Source of the DNA: Spirochaetia bacterium
GTDB taxonomy: Bacteria; Spirochaetota; Spirochaetia; DSM-2461
Assembly: GCA_963666985.2 (NCBI GenBank)
Contig: CAXXIA010000001.1
Coordinates: 704,001 to 768,000 of the forward strand
DNA: 64,000 nucleotides
Direction of reading: 5' to 3'
This document shows positions 1-9,836 of this stretch, one piece after another. Position numbers and translations under genes: made by a program. Within the stretch, counting starts at the first letter, position 1; each line of letters starts with the position of its first letter. Below the pieces are notes generated by a model that did no database searches, was not told the DNA's origin, and saw only the letters and a list, made by a program, of their open reading frames with translations.

Positions 1-441
1 GTTTAAATTCTTAATGTGAAGCGAGAGAAAATCTTTTCTGTTTCCCGTCAGATGAGGATAGTCGCGGCAGGCTTTCGGCCTATCTTCATAAACGCCGCAG
101 TATCCGTCGACGCCCAGAAAGGGGCAGGGAAGTGAGGCGAACACCGAATCTCCGTCTTCGTCCGTCCGGAGATATGCATCCTGAAACGCGGAGGGCTTGA
201 TTCGCTCCCTTCTTGCCAGGCGGCCGATATCCGAATCCGTAAGCCTGGGACCCAGTTCGCCGCAGCAGCGCGTGCATAACAGACAGTCTATTTTACTGAA
301 AACCTCATCGTGAAATTCCGCGAACCGTCTGTCGAGAGACACATGCTTTCGCCGCTTCAGCGTTTTGAGCGAGGCCGCGTAGGATTTTTGATTTCGGCGG
401 CCGCGTTCGAGAATATCGCCGTAAGGATCAGTTCTTTCCAT
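1..441 (-). CDS. YkgJ family cysteine-cluster (CxxCxxCC) protein, partial (runs off the left edge)
   Basis: Not in the ORF track. My translation from ATG at 441: MERTDPYG...[15 protein letters not shown]...[26 protein letters not shown], with the CxxCxxCC and CPFL..C.VY..RP..CR.YP motifs. Overlaps the hisI stop. Confidence 0.85.
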   Translation of the reverse strand, partial: MERTDPYGDILERGRRNQKSYAASLKTLKRRKHVSLDRRFAEFHDEVFSKIDCLLCTRCCGELGPRLTDSDIGRLARRERIKPSAFQDAYLRTDEDGDSVFASLPCPFLGVDGYCGVYEDRPKACRDYPHLTGNRKDFLSLHIKNLN

Positions 442-811
442 AAACCTCTGAGGGATCGAAAAGCGGCTCGGAGATGATATGTTCCTTCCCGTTCGAAATT
501 TCTCGAAAAAAGCAGCTTCGCCGTCCGGTGTGGCACGCGGCCCCTCCGATTTGTTCCACTTCGAGCAGGACGGCGTCCCTGTCGCAGTCAAGATAGATCC
601 TTTTGATGATTTGTTCGTTCCCGGATTCTTCTCCCTTGCGCCAGAGTCTGTTCCGGCTTCGCGACCAGTAGACGGCTTTCCCGCTCTCCAATGAGGCATC
701 CCAGGCTTCGCGGTTCATCCAGGCCAGCATAAGTGTTTCTTTTGTTTCGGCATCCTGCGCGATGACAGGAATGAGTCCGCCTTCCTTGTTAAAGTCGGGT
801 ATTGCTTCCAT
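428..811 (-). CDS. hisI: Phosphoribosyl-AMP cyclohydrolase
   Basis: Motifs [41 protein letters not shown]. Start moved to ATG 811. Confidence 0.93.
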   Translation of the reverse strand: MEAIPDFNKEGGLIPVIAQDAETKETLMLAWMNREAWDASLESGKAVYWSRSRNRLWRKGEESGNEQIIKRIYLDCDRDAVLLEVEQIGGAACHTGRRSCFFREISNGKEHIISEPLFDPSEVYGKN

Positions 812-907
812 AGCGGTTAGGTTCGGTCCGAAACGGCTTTCTGTCAAGCGAAGGCGGAAGGGGGCGAATCCCTCCTTTGGAAATAATCGGTTATTTCCCG
901 AGTGCCG

Positions 908-2467
908 TTATGCCGCTCGGAAGATGCGGAAGTCGATCCCGTACTTTTCGGCGCGAATGCCCATTTGCCGGCGCGATAATCCCAGGAGTTCGGAAGCTTT
1001 CGTAAGGTTTCCCCGGGTTGTTTTAACCGCATCGATAATCATTTCGTATTCCACCGAATCCAATCTGGATTGAAGATCGCCGGAATAGCGTTCCGATGAC
1101 TGCTGAGGACCGGGAAGACGAAGAGAAGGGGGCAGATGATCGGTTCGAATCACTCCGTCGTCGCAGAGAATCACCGCGCGTTCAATCACATTCTCCAGTT
1201 CTCTGACATTCCCCGGCCAATGATAATTCATCAGCGAATCGATGACCGGAGTTGAAATCCGCTGAACGGTTTTCTGGTTTTTACGGCCGTAGCGGTCGAC
1301 GAAGAAATCCGCCAGCAGGATGATGTCCGCTTTGCGGTCCCGAAGGGGAGGAACTTCTATGGGAACAACGGCCAGCCTGTAGTACAAATCTTCGCGGAAT
1401 TCGCCTTGTTTAACTTTTTCTTCCAGGTTGCAATTGGTTGCCGCGATGACTCTGACATTGGCTTTGAGAGTTTTATTGGCTCCGACCCGCTCATACTCTC
1501 GTTCTTGGAGTATCCGTAAGAGTTTTGCCTGAACGCTTAAGCCCATCTCACCGATTTCGTCCAGGAAGATCGTGCCGCCTTCGGCATATTCAAAACGGCC
1601 GATCCGCCTTTCGACGGCTCCGGTGAAGGAACCCCGTTCATGACCGAACAGTTCGCTTTCGATCAGACTTTCGGAAATTGCGGCGCAGTTGAGTTTCACG
1701 AAAGCTCTGTCTTTTCTTGCCGACGATTCATGAATCTGCTGAGCAACCAGGCTTTTCCCCGTACCGCTTTCTCCCAGGATGAGTACCGTGGCATCGCTGG
1801 CCGACATTTTTTCGATGAGTCTTTGGAGTCGGCCCATAACATTGGATGTTCCGATGAGAAGTCCTCTTTTCGGAGCATCTCTGAGCCGTTCATGCAGTCT
1901 GAGATTCTCATCCCTGAGCCGCTGCAGTTCTTCTTCCACATCCCGGGAATGGCGGACCGAGTGATAAATCAAGCCGCCGATAACGCTCAAAACCGTTGTT
2001 TTCTTACTCAGATCTTCCTGCTGAGGGTTCGGCAGAATAACGCTTAAGGCACCCAAGGTTTCATTTCCCGCCTTTACGGGAACACAGATGAAAGAGCTGA
2101 CGATATCGTTGTTGTCCATGGAACCCGTTCTGTTGAGGAATCGCTTGTCGTTCCGAATATCCGGAACGGTAATGGCGGTTCCCGAGTCGACGACGCGGCC
2201 GATGATTCCTTCTCCGGGAGAATAGACTCCTTGCGAAACTTTTCTTGAAGAGATTCCGGTGGATTCTTTAATGTAGATTTTCCCCGTTTGCCGATTGTGA
2301 ATCGTAATCATGCTTCCCCGGAGATTCATTTCTTTATCCAAACAGATGAGAACGGACTGGAGGCATTCGGGAATATTGGATTCCTCCAGAACAATCCTGC
2401 TGACCTCTTTAATGAGTTTTAAATCGACCGTATGATCCTGCCGGCATTCGCGGCATTCATTATTCAT
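908..2467 (-). CDS. nifA: NifA-like sigma54 activator (GAF-AAA+-HTH)
   Basis: N-terminal GAF domain (GEGIIGRV...SFICVPV), Walker A GESGTGKS, GSFTGA loop, WPGNVRELEN, C-terminal Fis-type HTH; lies in the nif cluster. Confidence 0.85.
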   Translation of the reverse strand: MNNECRECRQDHTVDLKLIKEVSRIVLEESNIPECLQSVLICLDKEMNLRGSMITIHNRQTGKIYIKESTGISSRKVSQGVYSPGEGIIGRVVDSGTAITVPDIRNDKRFLNRTGSMDNNDIVSSFICVPVKAGNETLGALSVILPNPQQEDLSKKTTVLSVIGGLIYHSVRHSRDVEEELQRLRDENLRLHERLRDAPKRGLLIGTSNVMGRLQRLIEKMSASDATVLILGESGTGKSLVAQQIHESSARKDRAFVKLNCAAISESLIESELFGHERGSFTGAVERRIGRFEYAEGGTIFLDEIGEMGLSVQAKLLRILQEREYERVGANKTLKANVRVIAATNCNLEEKVKQGEFREDLYYRLAVVPIEVPPLRDRKADIILLADFFVDRYGRKNQKTVQRISTPVIDSLMNYHWPGNVRELENVIERAVILCDDGVIRTDHLPPSLRLPGPQQSSERYSGDLQSRLDSVEYEMIIDAVKTTRGNLTKASELLGLSRRQMGIRAEKYGIDFRIFRAA

Positions 2468-3582
2468 GGGTATACCCCTTGGATTTTCTCATAAACGCGG
2501 AGAAGTTCATTTGCGTATAGAAATCCGCCGTTCGAGCCTGTTATTTTTTGTAACTCCGATGCAAGCTGTTTTACCTGATGAGCCGTGGGAACGATTCCGA
2601 ACTCCTTGAGCATGCCGGCAAGACTTCCCTTGCCGCTGCCGCTTCCGGCTACGACGGATACGGGAGGGAGGCCGTATTCCTGCGGACGGTAGGGCATAAA
2701 AGCCAAGTCGTCCCGAAAATGCGCGGCGGCATGGATTCCCGATTCATGAAGGCGGCACCGTTCTCCCAAGATCGGCATGCCGGGAGGAATGGATTCACCG
2801 ACCGTTTGAAGTGTTGAGCGGGCCATTTCGAAGACGGCACCTGAATTGATATTCAGGTGAATTTTTTCTTCGAAATCCGCGGCCAAAGCCAGCTGTTCCC
2901 AGGCGAGATTCCCGGCCCGTTCTCCCAATCCTCCGATGGTGCCGCTGACTCCTCCAAATCCTAAAAGGATGGCTTCCAGAGCGTTGGCCGTGGCCAGGCC
3001 AAGATCGTTGTGCCCGTGGAATTCAAGATATTTGAGCGTCTTCGGTTTCAGTTTCGCTGCGAGACGGCGAAGCGCCGAAGGTGTTCCGATTCCGACGCTG
3101 TCGGCTATTCGGATTCGAAGGGCCCCGGCATTTAAGGCAAGCCGGATAACCCGATTCAGTTTTCTCGGATCGGTTCGAAAACAGTCCATGAATCCGACCG
3201 ATACGAAATCATGGTTTTTATAAGCCGTTAAGATGAGCGAATTGATGGAATCCTCCACCTCGTTCATCGTTTTCCCCGTAGTCTTCAGGTGTCTTTCGGA
3301 AATGGGAAAGCTGATGTGAACGGCTCCGGTACCGGCTTGTTCCGAGGCCTTAATATCCCGTTCATCGGCACGGCACCAGCTGATGACCCGGCCGGGCCAA
3401 TCCCGTATATCGCGGAGAAAAGAAACGGCGTCTTTCCCTGTTATTGGAATACCGCCTTCAATCTCACCGAATCCGGCATTGTGGAGTTTTTGGATAAATT
3501 GATGTTTTTCATCGGTGGAAAGAGAGATGCCGGGAGCCTGCAGGCCGTCCCGAAGAGTGGTATCGACTAAAAATGGAGTCAT
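2464..3582 (-). CDS. nifV: Homocitrate synthase
   Basis: DTTLRDGLQAPG, HGHNDLGLATAN, GLGERAGN, HESGIH motifs; nif context. Start set at ATG 3582. Confidence 0.85.
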   Translation of the reverse strand: MTPFLVDTTLRDGLQAPGISLSTDEKHQFIQKLHNAGFGEIEGGIPITGKDAVSFLRDIRDWPGRVISWCRADERDIKASEQAGTGAVHISFPISERHLKTTGKTMNEVEDSINSLILTAYKNHDFVSVGFMDCFRTDPRKLNRVIRLALNAGALRIRIADSVGIGTPSALRRLAAKLKPKTLKYLEFHGHNDLGLATANALEAILLGFGGVSGTIGGLGERAGNLAWEQLALAADFEEKIHLNINSGAVFEMARSTLQTVGESIPPGMPILGERCRLHESGIHAAAHFRDDLAFMPYRPQEYGLPPVSVVAGSGSGKGSLAGMLKEFGIVPTAHQVKQLASELQKITGSNGGFLYANELLRVYEKIQGVYP

Positions 3583-3690
3583 ATCGGCTTTATCCCCGAA
3601 ACATGATTCCCGGATAAACGATAAAGACTGCGTTTTTAGAGAACAAGGCTGAGCGGTCAACCGGTTTTATCAGTTTCATAGAGATGAAAA

Positions 3691-3707
3691 TGCAAAAAAG
3701 ATGCCAA
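3691..3707 (-). promoter_or_regulatory. sigma54 (-24/-12) promoter of nifV-nifA
   Basis: Minus strand reads TTGGCATCTTTTTTGCA, matching TGGCAY-N5-TTGCA. Confidence 0.8.
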
Positions 3708-3855
3708 GCTTAAAATGCCGGGATTTCATCAACGTGGGCCGATGAAAGAGTTGAAAACCTACGAAAATGTTGCCTGTATAGGAGAGATTGACGTTTTAGT
3801 TTCTTTCGGAGGAGTGTTTTCGCAGGCTGTTTTCGGGATTTAAGCTCTTGATCTT

Positions 3856-4164
3856 CTATGTGAGAAGATATTTTTCGGCGATTTCGCCTTCTTCCAGAGC
3901 ATCAAGAATTTCATCCACCTGATCTTCTCCGTTAATGCCGCCGTACCAAATATTGTCCGGATAAATCACCATCGCGGGTCCGCGATCGCAAACTTTCAGG
4001 CAGGTGGTGGCTGAAATCATGACTCCTTCGATGTCTCGGTCTCGGAGTTCTTCTTCCAGGTAGGGAAGAAGGTCCATGGACCCTTTCTGTGAACAGACGC
4101 CTTGCGGTGTTCCCGATGCGCGGAAGCTTCCGCAGACCAAGATGTGTTTTGTCGGTTTCTCCAT
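3856..4164 (-). CDS. Thioredoxin-like [2Fe-2S] ferredoxin, nif-associated
   Basis: HILVC...C...TTCLKVCDRGP.MVIYPDNIWYG motif; follows nifB. Confidence 0.88.
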   Translation of the reverse strand: MEKPTKHILVCGSFRASGTPQGVCSQKGSMDLLPYLEEELRDRDIEGVMISATTCLKVCDRGPAMVIYPDNIWYGGINGEDQVDEILDALEEGEIAEKYLLT

Positions 4165-4222
4165 TTTTATCTCCTTTTAACAGCTGTTTGGCTCTGCCGA
4201 ATAGCGTAGTACTTTTGCGAAC

Positions 4223-5500
4223 TTAACCGGCGCAGCCTCCGCCTGCTCCATCGCAAAATTTCTTTATTCTTCTTTTCATGAAGTTCGGATTCATTCCGGA
4301 ATGAATGTTGGATAATGCCAGTTCGATGATGCCTTCCAATTCCAGGCATTCGATTCCTTCCCGTTCCAAAACGGCTTGAGGCGGACCGCCGATTCCATTG
4401 GTAAGAAGATGGGAACAGTCCCGAAGAATTGCCGAAACCAGCTCCCATCGATTCACCGTGCCGCTTGCGGGAAGGGCGCGTTTTTCCCGGTATTCATAAC
4501 GGCGCTCTTTTTTCTCGAAGATAAGGACGTCGAAGCTTTCTCCCAAATGGCTGTTGATGAGCATGCCTTCCCGGCTGGTCACCGCGATGCAGGGTCTGTC
4601 GGCCCCTGAGGAAAGCGGCATTTGGGAGGCGGCGCGGAGAAGTTCTTCGGCATCCGGAGCATTCTCCTCGCCTAAAAGTCCTGCCGCATCGGCACGGCAT
4701 CGGCGGCAGTGGGTCATTACTGAGATATGCTTGGCCGCTTGAGAGCGGATAAGCAGTATTTCTCCGGCATCCGGTTCTTCCAGATTTTCGAATACCGCGC
4801 CTTCCACGGGAATCATCGCCATGGGATTCAAGATCGCCGCACCCCATTGCGCCGCGGTTTCGGCTATGCGTTCCACGTGATTTTCGTTGATGCTGGGAAC
4901 GACGACGGTATTGATTTTAACAATGATTCCTTTCTCGGCCAGGCATCGTACGCCCGCTTCCTGCCGTTCCAGAAGAAGCTTTGCCGCATCAATGCCCCGG
5001 ACATTGAACGGTCCGCTGCGCATCCACGCATAGAGATTCGCGCCGATGAGCGGGTCTACGGCATTGCATGTAACCGTGACATGACTCACACCGATTTCGG
5101 CGATTTTATCCGCATACTCGGGAAGGGCCAGTCCGTTGGTGGAGAGGCACAGCAGCATATCGGGGAATCTTCGTCTGACCAGCCGCATGGTTTCCAATGT
5201 CTCATTCGGATTCGCCAAAGGATCACCGGGGCCCGCGATTCCGGCCACGCTGACGGGCAGACGGTCGGCCATCGCTTCCAGGTAGGCCAGAGCCTGCCGG
5301 GGCTTGAGCAGCGTGGAGGCGACTCCGGGACGGCTTTCATTCACGCAATCACCGACAGCTCTATTGCAGTAGTTGCAGCTCATGTTGCATTTGGGAGCAA
5401 CCGGAAGATGAATCCGTGCATATTGTCTGCCTGCTTCACGATTGAAGCAGGGGTGGGTATCGAATCGGTTTTGAATATCCTCAGTCATCTTGGCCCTCAC
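4223..5500 (-). CDS. nifB: FeMo-cofactor biosynthesis radical SAM protein with C-terminal NifX-like domain
   Basis: HPC, CNMSCNYC, ESRPG, AGPGDPLAN and CRRCRADA motifs; NifX-like tail (NSHLG). Confidence 0.95.
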   Translation of the reverse strand: MRAKMTEDIQNRFDTHPCFNREAGRQYARIHLPVAPKCNMSCNYCNRAVGDCVNESRPGVASTLLKPRQALAYLEAMADRLPVSVAGIAGPGDPLANPNETLETMRLVRRRFPDMLLCLSTNGLALPEYADKIAEIGVSHVTVTCNAVDPLIGANLYAWMRSGPFNVRGIDAAKLLLERQEAGVRCLAEKGIIVKINTVVVPSINENHVERIAETAAQWGAAILNPMAMIPVEGAVFENLEEPDAGEILLIRSQAAKHISVMTHCRRCRADAAGLLGEENAPDAEELLRAASQMPLSSGADRPCIAVTSREGMLINSHLGESFDVLIFEKKERRYEYREKRALPASGTVNRWELVSAILRDCSHLLTNGIGGPPQAVLEREGIECLELEGIIELALSNIHSGMNPNFMKRRIKKFCDGAGGGCAG

Positions 5501-7044
5501 TGATACGAAAATCCTACGGGTGAGTCGTTTTGACGTTTTTCCAGAATGGTGTTGGTAATGGTGTCGAGGAGCCTTTGCGTTCCCGAATACCCCAGATTCA
5601 GGATTCTTTGGGCTCCGAAGCGGTCATGGATGGGAAAATCAACACGGATGAGCGGAATGTTTCTGTCTCTGCAGATACGATAGGGCTTGGAGCTCGAAAA
5701 CACCAAATCGGGTTTCAGGCGGTCGAGGGCTTCTTCCACTTGAAGAAAATCCGAGTTGTCGAGAATCTCAATCCCGTTATGAATCTCATGAGGAGGATTA
5801 GCCATCAAGCTTCGGCGCAGGACATTCTTCGGCGAACCTGAAGCGGCCAGGACCGGATTCATTCCGAGTTCCGCGCAGAAGCGTATTAAAGCCGGTGTTA
5901 AATGTTCGTTGCAGATAACAGCGATTCGAACACCGTAGAGATATTTATGCGCATCCGCATAAGAATCGATCAGACGTCCTCTTCGTGAGAGCAGTATGCC
6001 GGGGATTTCACGTCCCGAGAGCTCTGATAAATAGGCTGTAAAAGAGTCGGCGGCTTCCACTCCGATGGGAAGAGGAAGGACGCGCCGTTTTACTCCGTGA
6101 GACTGCAGAACCGTACCGCCGCTTTCGGATCCCGGCGGGTATTCTCCCAGTTCCAGAATCTCCGGAAGCAGCGCAAGGGCGCGAAATTCCTCCGCTCCGG
6201 TCCCCCCTTCGGGGAGCGAATGGTATTCGCCCCAAGCTTCACCATCCAGGGTTTCCGAATAATCGGGGGCCAGTATCGGCTTGAGTCCGAATTCGGAATA
6301 GACGGACTTCAAATACCGCAAATCGGCCGGAGAGAGCATCGGAATGAGGATTCCGGCGCTTTCGTGCGTAATCTCCGCAACAGGCCCTTCTGAAGCGATT
6401 CCGCCCGGTGAAAAGGCCTCCACAAGTGCTTTGAGGGTATCCTGAAAGCCGACGATATGGCCGGAGCGGTAACTGGCAGTGCTGACGGGAATCACGGGCG
6501 GCGCCTCCGGATGTGCTTTTCGCCGAGAGGCCAAATAAATTCGAGGATCATCACCGATGGTTTCGGCAAGGCAGGTTGTGGCTACGCCGATGACTTCCGG
6601 ATTGTATTTCGCGGTGATGTTGCTTATGGCTTCGAAAAGTTTGGATTCACCGCCGAAAACCACGGCGCTTTCACCGAAACTGGAAGAGCCGATGTCGATC
6701 GGTTCTCGGAAATGACTGATAAGGTAGCGCCGAATATAGGTGGCGCAGCCTTGAGCGCCGTGGAGGATGGGAACCCCGCCGCGGACGCCGCGGAAGGCGA
6801 TCGAGGCGCCTAAGGGGGCGCAGAGGCGGCAGGGATTCACCGTGGCCGCCCGGGGAAGGCCTTCGGCGGAGGAAGGAGTGCGAATCGCCCGGCCGGCGGG
6901 GACGGCATCGGCGGTGAAGGACTCCTTCATAAGATTCCGCTGTTCTGAGACGGATGGACCGTGATGCTCCGGTGAGGCCTGAATCTTGGGACCCGCCTGA
7001 GGGGAGATGAGGGAGGGGGGAGCCGAAACGGCTTCGGGGGTCAT
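5497..7044 (-). CDS. nifN: Nitrogenase FeMo-co scaffold beta subunit
   Basis: NPCRLCAPLGA, HGAQGCATY.RR, TTCLAETIGDD, FPIHDRFG; ATGA overlap with nifE. Confidence 0.9.
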   Translation of the reverse strand: MTPEAVSAPPSLISPQAGPKIQASPEHHGPSVSEQRNLMKESFTADAVPAGRAIRTPSSAEGLPRAATVNPCRLCAPLGASIAFRGVRGGVPILHGAQGCATYIRRYLISHFREPIDIGSSSFGESAVVFGGESKLFEAISNITAKYNPEVIGVATTCLAETIGDDPRIYLASRRKAHPEAPPVIPVSTASYRSGHIVGFQDTLKALVEAFSPGGIASEGPVAEITHESAGILIPMLSPADLRYLKSVYSEFGLKPILAPDYSETLDGEAWGEYHSLPEGGTGAEEFRALALLPEILELGEYPPGSESGGTVLQSHGVKRRVLPLPIGVEAADSFTAYLSELSGREIPGILLSRRGRLIDSYADAHKYLYGVRIAVICNEHLTPALIRFCAELGMNPVLAASGSPKNVLRRSLMANPPHEIHNGIEILDNSDFLQVEEALDRLKPDLVFSSSKPYRICRDRNIPLIRVDFPIHDRFGAQRILNLGYSGTQRLLDTITNTILEKRQNDSPVGFSYQ

Positions 7045-8441
7045 TTATTTCCTCCTGCGGACCTGCGCGGCATGAATCTCCAGACGGGCGAGAGCGCGGA
7101 GGCTGAGATTTCACGGGCGAAATTCACCACTCCCTCAAAACCGGCCAAGGCGATTTTTCGTTCATGGTTGTGGTCGCAGAATCCCACGCCGATTTTGTAG
7201 GCGATGGGACGTTCCTTTACGCCGCCGATGAAAAGATCGATATCTTTTTCTTTGATGAAATGAGAGAGCTCCAGAGGGTTGGAATCGTCAACGATCACCA
7301 TGCCCTCATCGCCCATTTCTTCGAGACGTTTGTAATCGTCTTCATTGCCGGTTTGGGATCCGGCCAGTTCAACCGAGACTCCCAGCGAACGCAGGATTTT
7401 CAGGAGACTGAACGTTTTAAAGGCTCCGCCGACATAGAGCCCGGCCTTTTTACCTTTCAATCGATCGGCATACTGCCGAATCTTCGGCCAGGTTCTCGCG
7501 GTTTCGTCGGCCACCAGGTTTCGTGCCCGCTGCCGAATCATTTCAGCGTGCCCGGAATCCAATCCGATCCGGCCGGCATTCCCGACAAACCAATCGGCCA
7601 CATCATAAAGGGCGGCTGCGCAGTCTTCGATTCCGAAGTAGCTCACCCTTAAAAAGGGAATGCCGTACTTTTTTTCCATTTCCTGCGCCAGAGGTGTGAG
7701 TGAGCCGGAACACTGAACGACATTCAGGGCGGCACCGTGTGCTTTGGAGACATCTTCCACCCGGCCGTCTCCGGTCAGGATGGAGACGACCTTCACGCCC
7801 ATCCGCTCGTAATAGTCCCGGATAATCCAGGCCTCGCCGGCCAGGTTGAATTCGCCCAGAATATTGATGCCGGCGGGAGGTATTCCGGAAATATCGCCGG
7901 TGCCCACCAATTTCTCCAGAGCCGTGCAGGCGGCTTTGTAACCGTCCTTTTTGGTTCCTTTAAATCCTTCGGAATGAACCGGGATAACCGGTATCCCCTT
8001 TATTGCCGTCATTTTTCCGCACACGGCATCCACATCGTCGCCGATGGCGCCTATGATGCAGGTTGCGTACACGAAAGCCGCTTTCGGGCTGTATTGATCA
8101 ATCAGCTGATCCAGACTCCGTTCCAGTTTTTTCTCGCCGCCGTAAACCACATCAAGCTCCCGGAGGTCCGTGGAGAAGCTTTTGCGGTGCAGTTCCTCTC
8201 CGGAACTGAGTGAGCCCCGGATGTCCCAGGTATAGGCCGCGCATCCGATGGGGCCGTGAATCAGATGCAGGGCATCGGCGATGGGGTAGAGAACCACTCG
8301 GGAGCCGCAAAAGACGCAGGCCCGCTGACTGACCGATCCGGCTGCGCTGTTTTTATCGCATTCAAGTTTGAATGGAGAGGCGCCTTTTTCGTGTATTTGC
8401 CCGATTCTTGATTCCAGAATCGCCGATGCACTGCTATTCAT
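7041..8441 (-). CDS. nifE: Nitrogenase FeMo-co scaffold alpha subunit
   Basis: SQRACVFCGSRVV, HGPIGC, GEFNLAGE, NVVQCSGS, DHNHER motifs. Confidence 0.95.
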   Translation of the reverse strand: MNSSASAILESRIGQIHEKGASPFKLECDKNSAAGSVSQRACVFCGSRVVLYPIADALHLIHGPIGCAAYTWDIRGSLSSGEELHRKSFSTDLRELDVVYGGEKKLERSLDQLIDQYSPKAAFVYATCIIGAIGDDVDAVCGKMTAIKGIPVIPVHSEGFKGTKKDGYKAACTALEKLVGTGDISGIPPAGINILGEFNLAGEAWIIRDYYERMGVKVVSILTGDGRVEDVSKAHGAALNVVQCSGSLTPLAQEMEKKYGIPFLRVSYFGIEDCAAALYDVADWFVGNAGRIGLDSGHAEMIRQRARNLVADETARTWPKIRQYADRLKGKKAGLYVGGAFKTFSLLKILRSLGVSVELAGSQTGNEDDYKRLEEMGDEGMVIVDDSNPLELSHFIKEKDIDLFIGGVKERPIAYKIGVGFCDHNHERKIALAGFEGVVNFAREISASALSPVWRFMPRRSAGGNK

Positions 8442-8453
8442 TTTTTACGTTCC

Positions 8454-9836
8454 CTACATAACCAGTTCCATGGTGATATCCGTGGCGTCCCGGTCCTGAC
8501 GGTCCATCAGGGCGCCGAGGATTTTTTCCATCAGGCGCATGGCGCCTTTGTATCCCACGGTGGGAAACTGGGCGTGTCCGACTCTGTCGTAAATCGGAAA
8601 TCCGTGACGGACAAACGGAATGTCGTCATCCTTGCCAATGTATTTCCCGTAGGAGTTGCCGATCAAGAGATTTACCGGTTCGTTCTTAATCCACTGATGC
8701 ATCAGGAACATGTCTTTGTTTTTTCCGTTGGCGAATTTGGCTTCGGGTACGGCTTCGTTAAGGATTGCAGTCATTCGTTTTTCAAAGGCCTTTCCGGATG
8801 TTCCCGAAACGATATAAACAGGCCTCATGTCCAGATCCACCAGAAATTCGGTGAGCGGAATCAGCTGATCCGGATCGCCCCAGAGGGCCACGCGTTTTCC
8901 GGAAAAGTACTGCTGCATGTCTACGGCCATATCCACGGCCATTCCCCGTTCATCGGTGATGGCATCGGGAACAGGGGCGCCGCAGGATTTGGAGACGGCC
9001 TGCAGAAACCGGTCCGTGGCCCTGATGCCCAGAGGCAGATCCAGGACTTCGCTCGGAACCTGATGCAGTTTGCGGAGGATTTCTCCGCCGCCTTCGGAAG
9101 CCCATTTGCCGAGACAAAAGGTTTTTCGAGCGCTGCTCATGGTTTTGATGTCTTTTACTTTGGTTCCGCCCTTGGGAAAGAACATGTGCTTGCCGGTAAG
9201 CGGCGCATCCAGAACGTCGGAGGTATCCGGCAGCATGGTGAATTTCACATCCATGGCTTTCAGAATGCGTTTGATTTCCCTCATATCGCCGGGTTCCACC
9301 CAGCCGGGGATAATGTTGAACCGGTCGGAAACCGATTCGGATTCTTCGGCCAGAAGCTTCAGCGCGGCGGCCACCATGTTGGAAAAACCGGTAACGTGGG
9401 TTCCCACATAACTGGGGGTATTGGCGTAGATAACCGTTTTCCCTTGCGGGATTTTGCCTTCTTCGGCAGCTTTTCTGGTAATCTGGGCCAGATCGTCCCC
9501 GATTGTTTCCGAGAGACACGTGGAATGGATGGCGACAATTTCCGGATTATAGATGGCGAACAAGTTGTTCAGGGCCTGTAAAAGGTTGGACTGACCGCCG
9601 AACACGGATGCTCCTTCGGTGAACGATGAAGTTCCGGCCATCACCGGTTCCTTGTAATGGCGGGTGAGCGCCGAACGGTGATAAGCGCAGCACCCTTGAG
9701 AGCCGTGCGAATGCGGCAGACATCCGTGAATGCCCAGAGCCGCGTACATGGCTCCGACAGGCTGGCATGTTTTGGCCGGGTTAACGGTTAATGCCTTGCG
9801 CTCGGCAACGTCGGCCGTTGTATGTTTTAACAGCAT
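8454..9836 (-). CDS. nifK: Nitrogenase MoFe protein beta chain
   Basis: NPAKTCQPVGA, HGSQGC, STCLSETIGDD, GFPIYDRVG; short group II type N-terminus. Confidence 0.96.
   Translation of the reverse strand: MLLKHTTADVAERKALTVNPAKTCQPVGAMYAALGIHGCLPHSHGSQGCCAYHRSALTRHYKEPVMAGTSSFTEGASVFGGQSNLLQALNNLFAIYNPEIVAIHSTCLSETIGDDLAQITRKAAEEGKIPQGKTVIYANTPSYVGTHVTGFSNMVAAALKLLAEESESVSDRFNIIPGWVEPGDMREIKRILKAMDVKFTMLPDTSDVLDAPLTGKHMFFPKGGTKVKDIKTMSSARKTFCLGKWASEGGGEILRKLHQVPSEVLDLPLGIRATDRFLQAVSKSCGAPVPDAITDERGMAVDMAVDMQQYFSGKRVALWGDPDQLIPLTEFLVDLDMRPVYIVSGTSGKAFEKRMTAILNEAVPEAKFANGKNKDMFLMHQWIKNEPVNLLIGNSYGKYIGKDDDIPFVRHGFPIYDRVGHAQFPTVGYKGAMRLMEKILGALMDRQDRDATDITMELVM

Noticed and set aside
86..277. 63-aa ORF in the track
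   Set aside because: Wrong frame of the real YkgJ-family gene at 1-441.
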